Origin: Octopus vulgaris
Taxonomy: Eukaryota
Reading direction: 5' to 3'
Assembly (NCBI GenBank): GCA_951406725.2
Contig: OX597820.1
Coordinates: 55,676,001-55,740,000, forward strand
DNA length: 64,000 nt
A program made the position numbers and the translations under genes. The notes beneath the pieces are model-generated. The model did no database searches. It was not told where the DNA came from and worked only from the letters and a program-made list of their open reading frames with translations. Below, one piece after another: positions 11,601 to 24,910 of the stretch; the stretch's first letter is position 1; every line of letters begins with the position of its first letter.

Positions 11601-12853
11601 TGTAGTGATCCTATACAACAGCGCGCGCGCGCAACGCCCTCTCGCGAATACACGAAGTCCGGAGGAGGGAATTTTGCTGACGTGGCCTTAGCTTATTTAG
11701 GCGAAGGGAGCGCGAGCCTTAACAAAGAGGCAAGGGAGCGTAAAGCGTTGACCATTAGCGTCCGGCAGACAGCGGCAGACAGCGGCAGACAGCGGCAGGC
11801 TTTTCATAGAAGCAGACGTTTAATTCGCTCTCTCTCCGGTTTTGATAGCAGCAGTCTTTTGGCCGAAGACTTTTAACCTGAATTGTTGCAGACATCATCT
11901 TCTTCCTCCGGACGCCATTTTTTGACCCGTTCTGTTTTTAGCGGCTGAACATTGTAAATATTACAATCGATTAACTTTCAGCCTTGCGCGCCCAGAACCA
12001 AGGACATCAGATATACCACTGATTTCTCACCGGTATAAAACAATAAAGTATATCTATTTTTTACGTCTGCGTTTTGTGTTTCTTTGACTGGTAGAGTCTG
12101 GATATAAAAGCAACGGAAAGTGATTGCACCAACTTGCACCCCAAAAGTGCAAGAGGAGATATTCACATATTCCTTACAGTGGTGTCCACCTTGAGTTTTA
12201 TAGTCACTACAGGGAATTTTGTGTCGTGCTTACGCACTGGGGTGGAGCTCTGTACTGATCCTATACAACGGCGCGCGCTCGCGCACCGTCCATTTGTATT
12301 TCGCGCGTGTTGGTGCCTTTACCAAGGCAGAGAGAGGAAGGGCCCTCTCGCGCATGCGCGAAGCACCGGAAGAAGAACCCTTTTGCCTACGTAGCAGTTA
12401 GCCGAGGCAAGGGGATCGTAAGACGTTGACCACCAGCGTCCAGCAAGCAGCGACTTGAGACAGCAGCGACTGAAGGCGACGGTCACGTATATTTTCTCTC
12501 CGTCCGAACTTGATTCTAGCAGCACCTTACCAAAAGGCCTTTAACCAAATTGTTGCAGACCAACATCGTCTCCATTGTTCGCCGCCATCTTTGACCAGTG
12601 TCGTTTTGCATTTGAACACTTTCTTATTTTACAGAGATAAGGTTCAGCACGACACATTTATACCAAAGGGATACCAGATAACCACTTATTGTTACTGTTA
12701 CCACATTAGAGAATAAAGTAGTATATATATTTTTTACGTCTGCGTCTTGTTGTTTCTGACTGGTAGAATTCTGGATTATTAAAGCAACGGCTAGTGATTG
12801 CTTTCTTGTACCCCGAAAGTACAAAAGAAGATATATTCACTAGGTTCGTTACA
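11601..12853 (+). mobile_element. TRIM-like non-autonomous LTR retrotransposon
   Basis: LTR1 11601-12178 and LTR2 12251-12853, both TGTA...TACA; 72-bp internal region with a PBS-like gTGGtgtcc and a purine-rich ggggtggag before LTR2; 4-bp TSD agat (11597-11600, 12854-12857); splits a family B SINE at gtcgattagat|cgaccccagt. Confidence 0.85.
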
Positions 12854-13450
12854 AGATCGACCCCAGTACCCAAGTGGTACTTAATTTATCGACCCCGAAA
12901 CGATGAGAGGCAAAGTCGACTTCGGCGGAATTTGAACTCAGAACATAAAGACAGACGAAATACCGCTAAGAACCCTCTATTTCCACTCGATATTATCGAT
13001 AACATTCAATATAATAAGTCCTTTTTTCTTTAATTCTGTCTTTATATTTGTACATTATATAATCCATAAGCTTAATGTCAGTAGCCATCCCTTAGTTTAT
13101 GAAAAAAAAAAAAAATACTTGTATAGAACTGTACGCTTCACAGTTCTAGCGTCGTGGTGTTTGGCTGTTGTGTGCCTACTTACATGTACAATATACGAAG
13201 CTACATGCTAGGGAGAGAGAGCACTATGGTTCACGCAGTGCCGACCTTGGTGTGCTGGTGAAAGGCAGTGTTTCTTTTTGACTCCGGTGTGTTGTGCTTA
13301 AAAACGTGTTTATATTCTTGAATGTGATAAAGTGTAGAATTAAATTATTATCCTGCTTCCAGCTACAGTTTTGCTAAAAATTTTCTGAAGCAGCACCCCC
13401 ACTAATTTTATCTACGAGCCGCCACTGCTCGATTGGTTGAAAGTTCTTCA

Positions 13451-13452
<2 letters not shown>

Positions 13453-13481
<29 letters not shown>

Positions 13482-13590
13482 CTTCTTCTTCTTCTTCTTC
13501 TCCTCCTTCTCCTCCTCCTCCTCCTCCTTCTTCTTCTTCTTCTTCTTCTTCTTCTTCTTCTTCTTCTTCTTCTTCTTCTTCTTCTTCTTC
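13453..13590. repeat. (TTC)n/(TCC)n microsatellite
   Basis: Direct reading. Confidence 0.95.
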
Positions 13591-13968
13591 TTTGTCTTCT
13601 TTATAATGCAGTGGATAAGCAGAATCGGTAGAGCATTGGTCAAAATGCTTTGTCTTATAAAGTTACCCTCTTTTCCATTTAAACCTCTCTTAGGTTAACA
13701 TTTTTTTTTGTCATTATTCTGGGGTCGCTAAAAACAAAACAAAACAAAAACAGCGAAGAAATAGGATCGACCTCAACCAACCACCACCACCACCACCACT
13801 GATAAGTTACAAAAGGAAAAGCTTTCTTGGCCTGTGCCAATGTAAGAAATCATAAGTTCTAAGAGCTATGGCCTTAGTAGAACCGGTAGAGCGACTTGTA
13901 TTCACTTACATATCTTTATGTCTGAAGTCAAATCCTGATGATGTCTTTGTGTTTCGTTTAAGCATATA

Positions 13969-14129
13969 GGCGCAGGTGTGTCTGCGTGGTAAGAAGCTTG
14001 CATCCCAGCCACATGATTCCGGGGTCAGTCCACTACGTGGCCCCTTGGGCAGGTGTCTTTTACTATAGCCGCGGGCTGACCAAAGCCTTGTGAGTGGATT
14101 TAGCAGACGGAAACTGAAAGAAGCTCACC

Positions 14130-14225
<96 letters not shown>

Positions 14226-14467
14226 ATGTAAGTGTGTCTTTGTGTCTGTGTTTGTCGACTACCATCGCTTGACAACCGGTGTTGGTGTGTTTACATCCTT
14301 TTAACTTACCGGGTCGGTAAAAGTGATCTATATAATAAGTACCAGACCTAAAAAGACAAAAAAAAAAAGAGGACTGAGTCGATTCATTGGACTAAAAATT
14401 CTTGAAAGCCATGCCTCAGTATAGTCGTAGCCTATTGACTGGAACTAGTAAAAGATCAAAGATAAAA
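13969..14467 (+). mobile_element. SINE family A (diverged)
   Basis: Head, core, TA/TG microsatellite and tail recognisable. Confidence 0.8.
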
Positions 14468-17247
14468 TCGATTACACTCGTTCGCCATTATTTATGAACA
14501 TCCTCCCTTCAAAACTGCTGGCTTTGTACTTAAACTAGCAATAATTATTATAAAGGTAGTAAGGTGGCGGAATCGTGAGAGCGTTGGACAAAAATGCTTC
14601 TTCGCAGTATGTCTTCTAGCTCTTTACGTTCTGAGTCCATATCCTGCCTAAGTCGACTTTACCCTTCATCCTTTCGGGGATACCAGTCGAAAACGGAAGT
14701 CGATGGTGTCGGATAAACCTCTCACATCATAATTGGGATGGTTGGATTTCTATATTTATATGTAAAATATTCATTATGCTGTAAATAAATTAAGCACAAA
14801 AGAATGTGGTGGCTGGTAACACTGAAACATAAAAGCCACAACTGGGGTGGGTATAATCGACGACACCTCTCCCATTGGAAAATGCGTAGCTTTTGGTGGA
14901 AATATATTACATGTTATTTAGATCTTTAGTTAAGCCGCTTTACGGTCTGTGTTCAAATCCAACGAGGTCGATAAAATGAAGTAGTGGTCAAGTACGGGAG
15001 CTGATTTCATAGGCTATATCCTTCCCTCGACCCTAAAAGGGAATTGGTTATGGTTAATACAACAACCCATAGGACTACATCTGACAGGGCTTAGACACCT
15101 CCCACCCATCCTCCTTGAATTTTGTGGGTGAGAGTTAAATGGAAATCCCCTCACAAAATTTCTCTCAAGTCTTCAGTCAGTCCTTTTCCAAAATATACTT
15201 GCATTAAAAATCATCAGCATATATATATATTATCAAAGCGGGTAGGCCTATTATTAATAACATAAATGAAAAAAATGTTTTTTGCATTCACAAACTACCG
15301 TACACTTTTTCTAGATTTAAATAGAACTTAGCATTTCTACTAGTAATATTTTAACTCCCTTCTGTATCTTATTATACTAGTGGTCTTCTACAATTTTAAA
15401 ACATGCAACTTATAAATTTATAATTTTATATAATTTTGTAGCTACACATGTATATAAATATATATGTCCAGTATTAATTGTTTTTTGTATGTGGGTTTTT
15501 TTGTCTTGTTTTATAGGGGAAATACACTACGGCGAGAAATAATATATTCATTTTGGTATTTGCCTTGTAATATGTGATTCTTGAAGTTTTCTAAAATTAC
15601 AGAGTGTGTATGAATATCATAGTTAGATACCTGGTTTTAGATACTGTAATACTATTATGTAATATATGAGAGTCTATTTGGGATTTTGTTTGTTTTTGGT
15701 TGAGAATATGGGTTTTTGTAGGTTTTTATTTGGCAGGCTTATATATTGTATATTTAGTGTATCTTTGTACTCACCTAAATTTGTATCTTATGCTATTTAT
15801 TAATAAACCTATTCATTTACTCACATTTGGCTTTATAAATATTAGCAGTCTTATATATTTAGTCTATATTTGTAGTCTTCTGGATTTGTACATTATGTTA
15901 TTCATCTATTCATTTTGTTTACTCATTATCTACAGGTATAAATTTACATAATACTAGCCTGTATACTAAGTTTATATAAGTACTTTCTTCAATATATATC
16001 TTCACTTTATTTTATGTTATTTATTTACATATATACTCTTTTATGCATATGTGGATATATGCATATTAGCATTACTATATATTAGGTGTACCTATGTATT
16101 TATCTGAATTTGTTTTCTATGGTATCTATCTATTTATTTAGTCATGTACTTATTTATTTATTTATTTATTTATCTATTTACTTATTTAAGTGTAGATATA
16201 TACATACATATCAATTATTTATTTTAATAATATATGGATACATGTATACTAGTTTGTGCTTATACTATGTATGTAATTTTAATTATTTCTTCTTATTTAT
16301 TTTATCACATTTTAAACTTAAGTAATTACAATTTATTAACTTATAATTAATTTAATTTCTGTTATTTACTTATATACAATTGTATGGGTAAGTCTCCCAC
16401 TGATATTATTTAATGCCAAATCTTGTTAATTATTACATTTGTTATCTATGTGTCCACGGATGCTTAAAAGTATATTTATATATAAGTACTATGAATGTTT
16501 TCTCGCGAGTCACATATGAAAATAGACGGTGCGTTTGTGTATATCTGCTGCTATACATGAGTATTTTTATGGGCATGTATATTTGAGTGTAATTCTATTA
16601 GTTCGTAGGTTAGGTTCTTTGATGGATAAATATTAATATTATAATGGCATTGGATTTATTACGTAGAAAAGATATATATTTATACTATAAAAAATTAATC
16701 TATACTTTATAACTTAGCGTACATGTGATTATAGCAAATTACGGTGAAATCAGTAAACGTTATGTTGACTACAGAAAAAACGGTGTCACATGCTGTGTGT
16801 ACCCTGCGAAAATTACATTCGATGTCTTGATATATAAATATATGTATCTTTATAACAAATATTTTATGGAAATATGTGAGTGGATCTCCATAGTTAATTT
16901 AGTGGCATTGTTGTCGTTTTGAGAGGCTGGATGGCTGCAGAGCTAGGATTATACCTCTTTTATTATTTATTTATTTATGTGTTTGACAGTGTTTGTGGAT
17001 ATGTATGTGTATGAGTGTATGTGTGTGTGTATACATATAATTATGTATGTATGTGCGATTGATCTGTGGATGTGCGTGTGCGTATGTGCGTTTCTTGACT
17101 AACTAACCGTAAAATTTCTTTTGTGGTTCAAATTTTAAACTATAAGCCAATCGAATTAATCTAGAATAATCAATATCAAGCGGACAGAATAATCAGACTC
17201 ATAGATATGTAGATGTCCGATTGATGTACTTGGTACAGACATAATTG

Positions 17248-17306
<59 letters not shown>

Positions 17307-17645
17307 AGTAATTTTTATTGACTTTTACAGGTTTATAATTTTATGAACTGAACTGTGTGTTTTTTTATTATTTTTCATGTATAGGTCTGATTTAAATTTA
17401 AATGTGAGTGTGCATATATTTTCCTGTGTGTTAGTTTTTGGAACTAGTAGCCCAATATGTAGAATAACTGTGTTTGTTAATATATATTGATATATTTTGT
17501 TTTGTTTATTTTGTATTATTGTATTAATGAGTATATATATATATATATGTGTAGTATTATGGGTGTCTATGCACACGTTTTTATATTTTATATTTTTATA
17601 TTTATATGTATAAAAAAAATTTTTTTCACACTTATAACAAATTAA

Positions 17646-17760
17646 ATTCTCTGAAGAGGCCGTGGGGCATCCTTGTTAATGTCTCATTTATACCTGCCTT
17701 ATATGGCTTATAGGTTAAATGAGGCATGCTTGCCCTTACGGCCGAAACAGCTGTCAGATA
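17646..17760 (+). ncRNA. Type I hammerhead ribozyme with extended stem II
   Basis: Core CTGAAGA 17651-17657; stem II ggccgt...acggcc enclosing a long hairpin; GAAA 17744-17747; palindromic stem III ACAGCTGT; cleavage triplet GTC ending 17755; short stem I tct/aga. Confidence 0.8.
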
Positions 17761-17943
17761 TGATATAATTATATATTATATTTTATATTTTATATGTCTA
17801 TTTCCTTGTCTAATTATATTTACTATATATTTTGTATAATGCCTTTACTGTTATGTAATGGTGTAATAAAGTATTGATTGGGTATCATCTGTTGGTTGAT
17901 ATTTGATTGATTTAAGTATGTTTCTCCATTTTTTAATTTTGTA

Positions 17944-18003
<60 letters not shown>

Positions 18004-18007
<4 letters not shown>

Positions 18008-18810
18008 CTTTTTGTTTAGCTAGAAGGATTTGCACCATAATATCAGACACAAACACCCGACACACACACGTCTCCAGGAACTTAGAACCACACTCACAAA
18101 TAGAAACTATCCACAGCCCCTAATAGACAGTGCAATCCAACGGGCACTTAAATTAAGTATAGAAGACCTGAGACAAACAAAACCAAAAAAGAAAGAACAA
18201 TTAAAAACCCTTCCCTACATCTCTACACACAACCCACTCAACAATGAGGCCTTCAGCACCATACTACAAAGCACAACCCTGCTAAAGGGAGACCCAAAGA
18301 TGAACCGGATCCTCGAAACACACACCATCATTAAAAGTAAACGGCAACCAAAATCCTTGAAAAGGATTTTAACCCAAAGCTAAACTGCACTCAACATCAA
18401 CCACAAAACCAGCAGTTAGAAAATGTGGAGGGCCCAACTGCGGAATCTGTGTCATCTTGGTAGAAGGTTCAGAATTTATACTAGATCAAGGTCATCAGTT
18501 CACCATCAGAGCAAACTTCACCTGTGCATCAGAAAACTTAATTTACGTCTTAACATGCGCAGGCTGCAATAGGCAGTATATAGGCCATACAAAAAATAGC
18601 TTACGTAACAGGATGGCGGTGCATAAATCACAAATTAGAAACCCTGAATACCGGAAAATACCGGTCAGCGGACACATAGATAGATGTGCTGCAAATGTAA
18701 ATCCGAAATTTACAACTTACCCACTTTACAAATTCAGTGACAGCATAACCTTCACGCAACGCCAAAATAAGAACTTTATTTCATCAAAAAATTTAGACCA
18801 AGTTTGAACA
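18004..18810 (+). mobile_element. Penelope-like element relic: RT thumb, Cys linker and GIY-YIG endonuclease
   Basis: VPFCLARRICTII..RLQELRTTLTNRNYP, KRQPKSLKRIL, KCGGPNCGIC, FTCASENLIYVLTCAGCNRQYIGHTKNSLRNRMAVH; frameshifts and stops; starts right after (TA)n. Confidence 0.92.
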
Positions 18811-19070
18811 CCCTGGGCCAGGAATATTAAAACAAAACATTGGTCTTCCGAAAAAGAAAAACGAAATTCTACCACAACCACTACGACTGCCCCTACTCGC
18901 ACTACTACTACAACCACCGTGGTCACTGTTGCTACGGCCACAGTGAGAGAATTATAATAATGGAGGTGGGGCGAATTACAATTTCTCAGATCCTTAAACA
19001 GTCACTCACGCTGGCAGTGATATGTCTTAGGGAAGGAAAAATTTATAAAAAGATTTCTTTCTCTGCGAGC

Positions 19071-19370
19071 AGATCTAATTCTGATTCGTCAAAAAATTGA
19101 TGACGTTTTACCTCAGTGGTCAAGCTATTGTCACCCTGCTTGGTCGGTTTCCTCACAAGATACAGCTATGGGTCAGACCCGATTCTGATTCGTCAAAACA
19201 TTGATGACGTTTTTCTTCCGTAGTCAAACTACTCGTTCTGCTGGGCTAGCCACCTAACAGGATACAGTCATGGGTCATATCTAATTTCGATTCGTCAAAA
19301 CATTGATGACGTTTTTCTTCCGTGGTCAAACTTGTCGTTCCGCTTGGTTGGTTTCCTAACAGGATACAGT
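19071..19370. repeat. Minisatellite, ~104-bp unit x3
   Basis: gattcgtcaaaa(a/c)attgatgacgtttt recurs at ~19083, 19187 and 19289. Confidence 0.9.
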
Positions 19371-19787
19371 TAGGAGTCTTTTCACTATATTCGTTGAGGC
19401 TGGGTTTTGATTGGTTTGGAACTATATGACGTCAGTGAACAGTGCCAGAGACCACAGTTTAGCTGATATAAATCCAACAATCACAAAATTTACCGAAATT
19501 ATGCCAGCAGACGCCGACCAAAAATCATTACTGTTGCTCCCATTGGAACACAAGGTAAAATCTATAATGAACTCATCGCCTTTTCAAGAACATGAATTTT
19601 TTTATATTTGACTCTATTGAATGTATGTCACAATTATGAACTGTTACATCATACTCTTTAAACATATAGCATTGACTCTCTTTATTATATAAAAAAAATT
19701 TTTTTGATAAGGTTCGTTATTTCAAGAACCGAAACATGTTAAATTAAAATTTATCTAATATAGCGGCATTTTCAAACTTCATTTTTT

Positions 19788-19822
<35 letters not shown>

Positions 19823-19823
<1 letters not shown>

Positions 19824-20968
19824 TAGCTGGTGTACCCTGTAATTCCCGGGAGTAAAGATTTCTAATGAAACGCTTTATTACTCTGATGTAAGAAAGTAAT
19901 TTCGTTATAACAGCCACAAAAGGTGTATTTTCCATCACGAAAAAGTACAAAAAACTGTCACCTGGAGGAGGGAGAGATTGTTGGACGTTGGCGAGAGAGG
20001 TTTTCGGAGGTTGACGAGAAAGATTGTCGGAGGTTAATGAAAGAGGTTGTCGGAGTTTGGCGAGAGGCAAAGACATTATTCTGCTTAGCGAAGGCATCTG
20101 GGAAATGTATAGCTGCTGTCATTCACAGAAAAACTATTGTTTTACCATGAGAAAAACGCTGTTGGAGTGTTAAGTGTAATTTGGCAGTCGAGGATCGAAT
20201 CCACGCTATGCCTGCAAGAAGCCACTACAAATACTTTGTGGAATAAAAAAATTATCTACTGTCATCGAAAAAGTGTAAATGCAGAATTATCGGAGTAATG
20301 GGCATTCAAAAAAGTATGTATTTATAGAAATGTATGAATGATGTCTTTAACGTTTAAGATTCAAATTAAGGAAGTGCAGTGATAATGTTTAGCAGTTCAA
20401 AACTGTGAGTAGTGAAATGCAGAGTTAGATCGGCTGATCGAGAGAATCAAATATTGGTCGCTTCGCTAAAATCTGCAGGTGGTATGGATTATTTTCCTCG
20501 GGTAGTTTAAATAAAATATTAGTAATATGTAGTAGATAGACGGATCCATCGGAAGGCCCCTATTATCGATTTTTTCAACAATCTAAGTATGTCACGAGGT
20601 TTCCAGACACGAATTCTACTCACGTGTTAAATAAAATATAAAAGTGATATTGTCTGCAAAAATTAGAAATAGGACACATAAAAAATCAATATTCAAAGTA
20701 ATCGAACATAAACAATGAAATGGGTATTTCCCTTGAGTGTTAAAAAATATCTTACAGGTGCTATGGCTTATTTCCCTTGGGTGTTTAAAAATAGTTATAT
20801 GAGGTAGATATAAAGGTCCCTTCCAGGTGCCGTATTATCGATTTTTTCAACAATCTAAGTATGTCACGAGGTTTCCAGACATGAGTTCTACTCACGTTTC
20901 AAGTTTCATCAAAATCAATAAAACAATGTAACAAACAAACACACACCGATTTTGAGCTAATGTATAGT
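19823..20968 (-). mobile_element. Non-autonomous Helitron-like element
   Basis: Minus-strand 3' end ...cccgggaattacagggtacaccagCTAG|t (subterminal hairpin plus CTAG); 5' region with tgtttgtttg repeat; internal ~275-bp duplication (20561-20625 vs 20833-20897); partial copy at 22360-22530. Confidence 0.65.
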
Positions 20969-21469
20969 ACATATATCTGATCACTAAAAACAAATCATTT
21001 GTTCTGGTCGTTCAACAAAAACAGAGCACTTATATGGCCTCTTCCACGGGAGACTCCATTCTTTGACCACAATGCACATTTGCATTCTTTTTTAGCCTTC
21101 AAATGACGCCACCCCGATGGCTAAAGCGAGCAGGCCAACTTTTCCCCCTGATCGAAAGTGGGGACTGGAGCAACCTGAAATGAAGTGGTTTGCTCAACAC
21201 AACGTGCCTCTCTCTCAGGGAATCTAACCCACTAGGCCACGTACCTTCACACACACACACGCGCGATGGGCTTTCACACAGTTTCCGTCTACCAAATTCA
21301 CTTACAAGGATTATAAGTCGGCAACTATAGTAAAAGATATTTGTCCAATGTGCCACGCAGTGGTATTGAACCTGAAGCTGGTTGCTAAGTGATATTCTTT
21401 ACCACATAGCCATGCCTGCGCCTATTTCATGCTCTCTGATCCCGGATGTACTGAAATAGATAGAAAAGA

Positions 21470-22334
21470 GAGTGCAGTGTAGATACAATGTCATTCATAT
21501 CTTATCACTTTACTCTTTGTTTTCTAAGCTCTACTGTTTTATCGTGTTTTGAACTTCTCGAACGAAATTTAACCTGTACCCAGCAGTCTTTCCGAAGTAT
21601 CTCAAGGTTCTGGGTTTGTCATAAGTTAATCCCTAACTTGTCCGTTATTTTAGGTATGTAAGCGATGAAGTTTTATTTTTGTAGCGATGCCTGTTATGGT
21701 GCAACGTTAGTGTCGCTAGTTTGTAACGATTGATTCTTGGGAAGGCTGCAATTCTCTTGTTCCGGGGTCACCAGTTATAACGGTAGAAATTGATTAGTAA
21801 ACATTAAGATGTGTCGAAGTCAGCAGATACAACGATAACAATTTGTTGTTATAATCGCATACTGTAGGATGCGAAAGATGAACAATGCATGAAGTTTTAA
21901 GAAAGTTTTATTTACCGTTACGTTACAAATACCTTGCCTCGACGAGCAGGTTATGATAAATCCAAAAGCATGCGCAGTAAAGTTTGATGTGGTAGAATAT
22001 TTCTTTACCTAGTTTGGCGTATACGAATAGTTTGTAGTAATCCACAGATAGCGATAGAATGATGTTGTAAGAGAACGGAATTAGAGCTAGAGAGAATTGT
22101 AGGGTGTTGTCTCACAGTTGCTAACAGTAAACTTCATTTCTCCCTCTGACTAAGGTTCTAGCTGGTCAGCAAGACCTCGTCGTCACCGAGTGTGGCTACT
22201 TTGTTGAATCGTCACCGACTATGACAAACTGATTTTATATAAGCAAGGGTATGCTTGCTTATATAACTATCCAGAAGGATAGATATATCATTGAGAACAA
22301 TAGATTTAGTTGGTGATCTTGTTATCTCTATTCA
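21470..22334 (-). mobile_element. LTR retrotransposon relic (LTR plus PBS)
   Basis: Minus strand reads ..ccgttataac|TGGTGACCCCgga at ~21761-21783, a typical gypsy-type PBS; TATA-like and AATAAA motifs lie upstream on the same strand; outer ends uncertain. Confidence 0.45.
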
Positions 22335-22829
22335 AGCTTTTGGTGAAGTAGCAGAGGTTAGAAAGTGTCAAGTGGGGAAGACATTATTTCGGCCTAGCTA
22401 AAGGCATCTGGTAAATGTAAAACTGCTGTCAGAGAAAAACTATTGTTCCACCGTGGGAACAGTTCTGTTGCAGTGTAAATTTAAATTTGGCTATGGTGGA
22501 TCGAATCCACTTCATGCTTGCAAAATCCACAACAGGTATTTTAGATATTTTCTTTTGTCGCGATGTATGTATGTATGTATGTATGTATGTATGTATGTAT
22601 GTATGTATGTATGTATGTATGGATGGATGGATGGATGTACTTAAGTAAGTTGGTAGGTAGGCTGGTATATTTGTATGTATGCTTGTGTATTTATATGTAT
22701 GTGTGTATGTATGTATGTATATGTATGTATGTATGTATGTGTGTGTATGTATGTATGTATGTATGTATGTATGTATGTGTGTATGACATTGTTCGTTTTT
22801 TTTTTTTCAAGAGTTCTTACCAAGAGAGA

Positions 22830-23160
22830 AAATGCCGGTTTCTAACTTAGACCCAAGGCTCCTTCATTGGAATTTAAACAATATCAACAGGGTATTCTTG
22901 CAGGTATGTGTAAATGTGTGTAGTATTTGGAGTCAGTACATTTGCAGATTTGTATGTTTTGTTTTATGTATAAATTCTCATGCATATTGTTGCATATCTA
23001 GACATGAACATATATTCCAAATTGGTAAACTTCTGGAAAGTTTTACTGATTCTTATAGTTGTAGTGGTGGCTTGAATCTGTAGTCTTTGAAACGGCTTTC
23101 TCCTTTCTGGTTTTGAGAAGCCTAATTTCTCAAGATTGATACTTAGACAGTATGTTACAT
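22830..23160 (-). mobile_element. 3' end relic of a non-LTR retroelement
   Basis: VTYCLSINLEKLGFSKPERRKPFQRLQIQATTTTIRISKTFQKF resembles the C-terminus of restriction-like-endonuclease LINE ORFs; the 3' motif is shared with 27304-27360. Confidence 0.4.
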
Positions 23161-23170
23161 ATCTCGTGTG

Positions 23171-23259
<89 letters not shown>

Positions 23260-23862
23260 ATATATGTGTATGTATGTATGTAATGGACAAGTATGTTTCT
23301 CACGTCGGAGTTACCAATTGTAGCGTACAGATGTGAAGTTACTTGACGTAGAAATAGCGATTCTTGTTCTGCGTCGGGGTCGCTATATGTAAATAGTCGA
23401 AAGTAGGATGAGAGCGTAACAACATCGAAAACAAACAACAGTAATATTTACAGACTTTATTTGCCAACTATGGTCAGTAACGCAAATTTAGTGGTTATTG
23501 CAGTGACAATCACAATGTTGTTTCTCGCGCGCTTAGCATTTTCCCAGCGTGTTAAGAATTCTGTCAGCTCGTGACCTTAAAATACATTTATGTATATTAA
23601 AAATTACTTAGTATTAAATAAAATAATAATGAAATTATTGTATACAGTGCTCAGGTGCACCACAACAGATATATATAAGTAGGTGAATGTATTATCCTAT
23701 GTTTATCGTTCGACTCCATTCTTTCATTTATTCATATATATATATATACAGGTAGAGGAAGATAGAATAATAGACAGGGGACTGTTATGTGGATGGATGT
23801 ATATAAATATATATATGTATGTATTTAGATGTATATATGTGTGGGGTTGGGGTATATATAAA

Positions 23863-24910
23863 GGCGTTCCTTCGTTTAAACTCGACAAAACTATAACAAG
23901 ACCTCGGTTGTTTCCGTGTCAACTCGACAATTCACTTCGGATATCTTCGTGACCTCCGTGACAGTGTGCGTGTTCTGTTTTTATATACTTATGTGTTGTG
24001 GAATATCATCATGGCTCGGCTTCGTGAACGGAGATCAGGAAGGCTGTCCACGTCGTATGCATGCATGCTCATGACTGATAAGTCCGATATGGGAAAGGCA
24101 GGTCCGTGAGCAGTGTCCACAGACGAAGGTAACATCCGGTGTAGTGTCAGAGGCGGCTCGCGCCTTCCTCCTGCGTCTCTTGTCTTTAAGTGCGTCTCTT
24201 ATTTGTTCCTCAAACTTGCTGACTGCGTTGAAGATCGTGTGGCGCCAGACATCACGGTCCGCAGCCAGGTCTGACCAGCATTGGTGGTTAATTTGACATG
24301 CTGTTAGAGACTTCTTGAGGCAGTCTTTGTAGCGCTTCCTCGAAGCTCCTCTCACTCGGTGGACGGTGGAGAGTTCGCCAAACAGGGCAATCTTTGAAAG
24401 ATTGTACAAACGTGTTTGGCACAACAGTGGCCTGAAGAACAAAACAAGGATCAGTGTCTACAGGGCCGTGGTTCTCACCATTCTTCTCTACGGCTCAGAG
24501 ACCTGGATCACTTACCGCAGTCACATCCGTTTCCTCGAGTGCTTCCACCAGCGATGTCTCCACACCATCCTCAACATTCACAGGAGTGACTTCGTCACAA
24601 ACATTGAAGTCTTGGAGCGGGCCGAGATCCCCAGCATTGAAGCCACGCTACTGAAGTACTACCTCCGATGGGCAGGGCATGTCTCCAGAATGGAGAACCA
24701 TCGCCTTTCAAAGATTGCCCTGTAGAATATAGATATAACGAAATTATGCCAGCAAAAAGCCTTGCATATTTGTTCTTACCTGCTTCATGTGTGTATGTAA
24801 AATCCGCAAATTTTCGGAGGTCACGAAGATATCCGAAGTGAATTGTCGAGTTGTCACGGAAACAACCGCGGTTTTGTTATAGTTTTGTCGAGTTAAAACG
24901 AAGGAACGTC
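23863..24910. mobile_element. MITE with ~96-bp TIRs and 8-bp TSD, carrying an RTE insertion
   Basis: 23863-23959 is the reverse complement of 24815-24910; TSD tatataaa at 23855-23862 and 24911-24918. Confidence 0.85.
24007..24722 (-). mobile_element. 5'-truncated, internally inverted RTE-clade LINE
   Basis: Minus strand: KIALFGELS..RKRYKDCLK..DRDVWR..CGHCSRTCLSHIGLISH (C-terminal zinc finger). Plus strand 24390-24722: VYRAVVLTILLYGSETW..FHQRCL..LRWAGHVSRMENHRLSKIAL. Probable TSD tgt(g/a)gaatat. Confidence 0.92.

Noticed and set aside
19083-19370. Tandem hammerhead array or CRISPR-like array
   Set aside because: TTGATGA/TTGACGA are not followed by GAAA, the inter-core sequences are homologous rather than unique spacers, and the context is eukaryotic.
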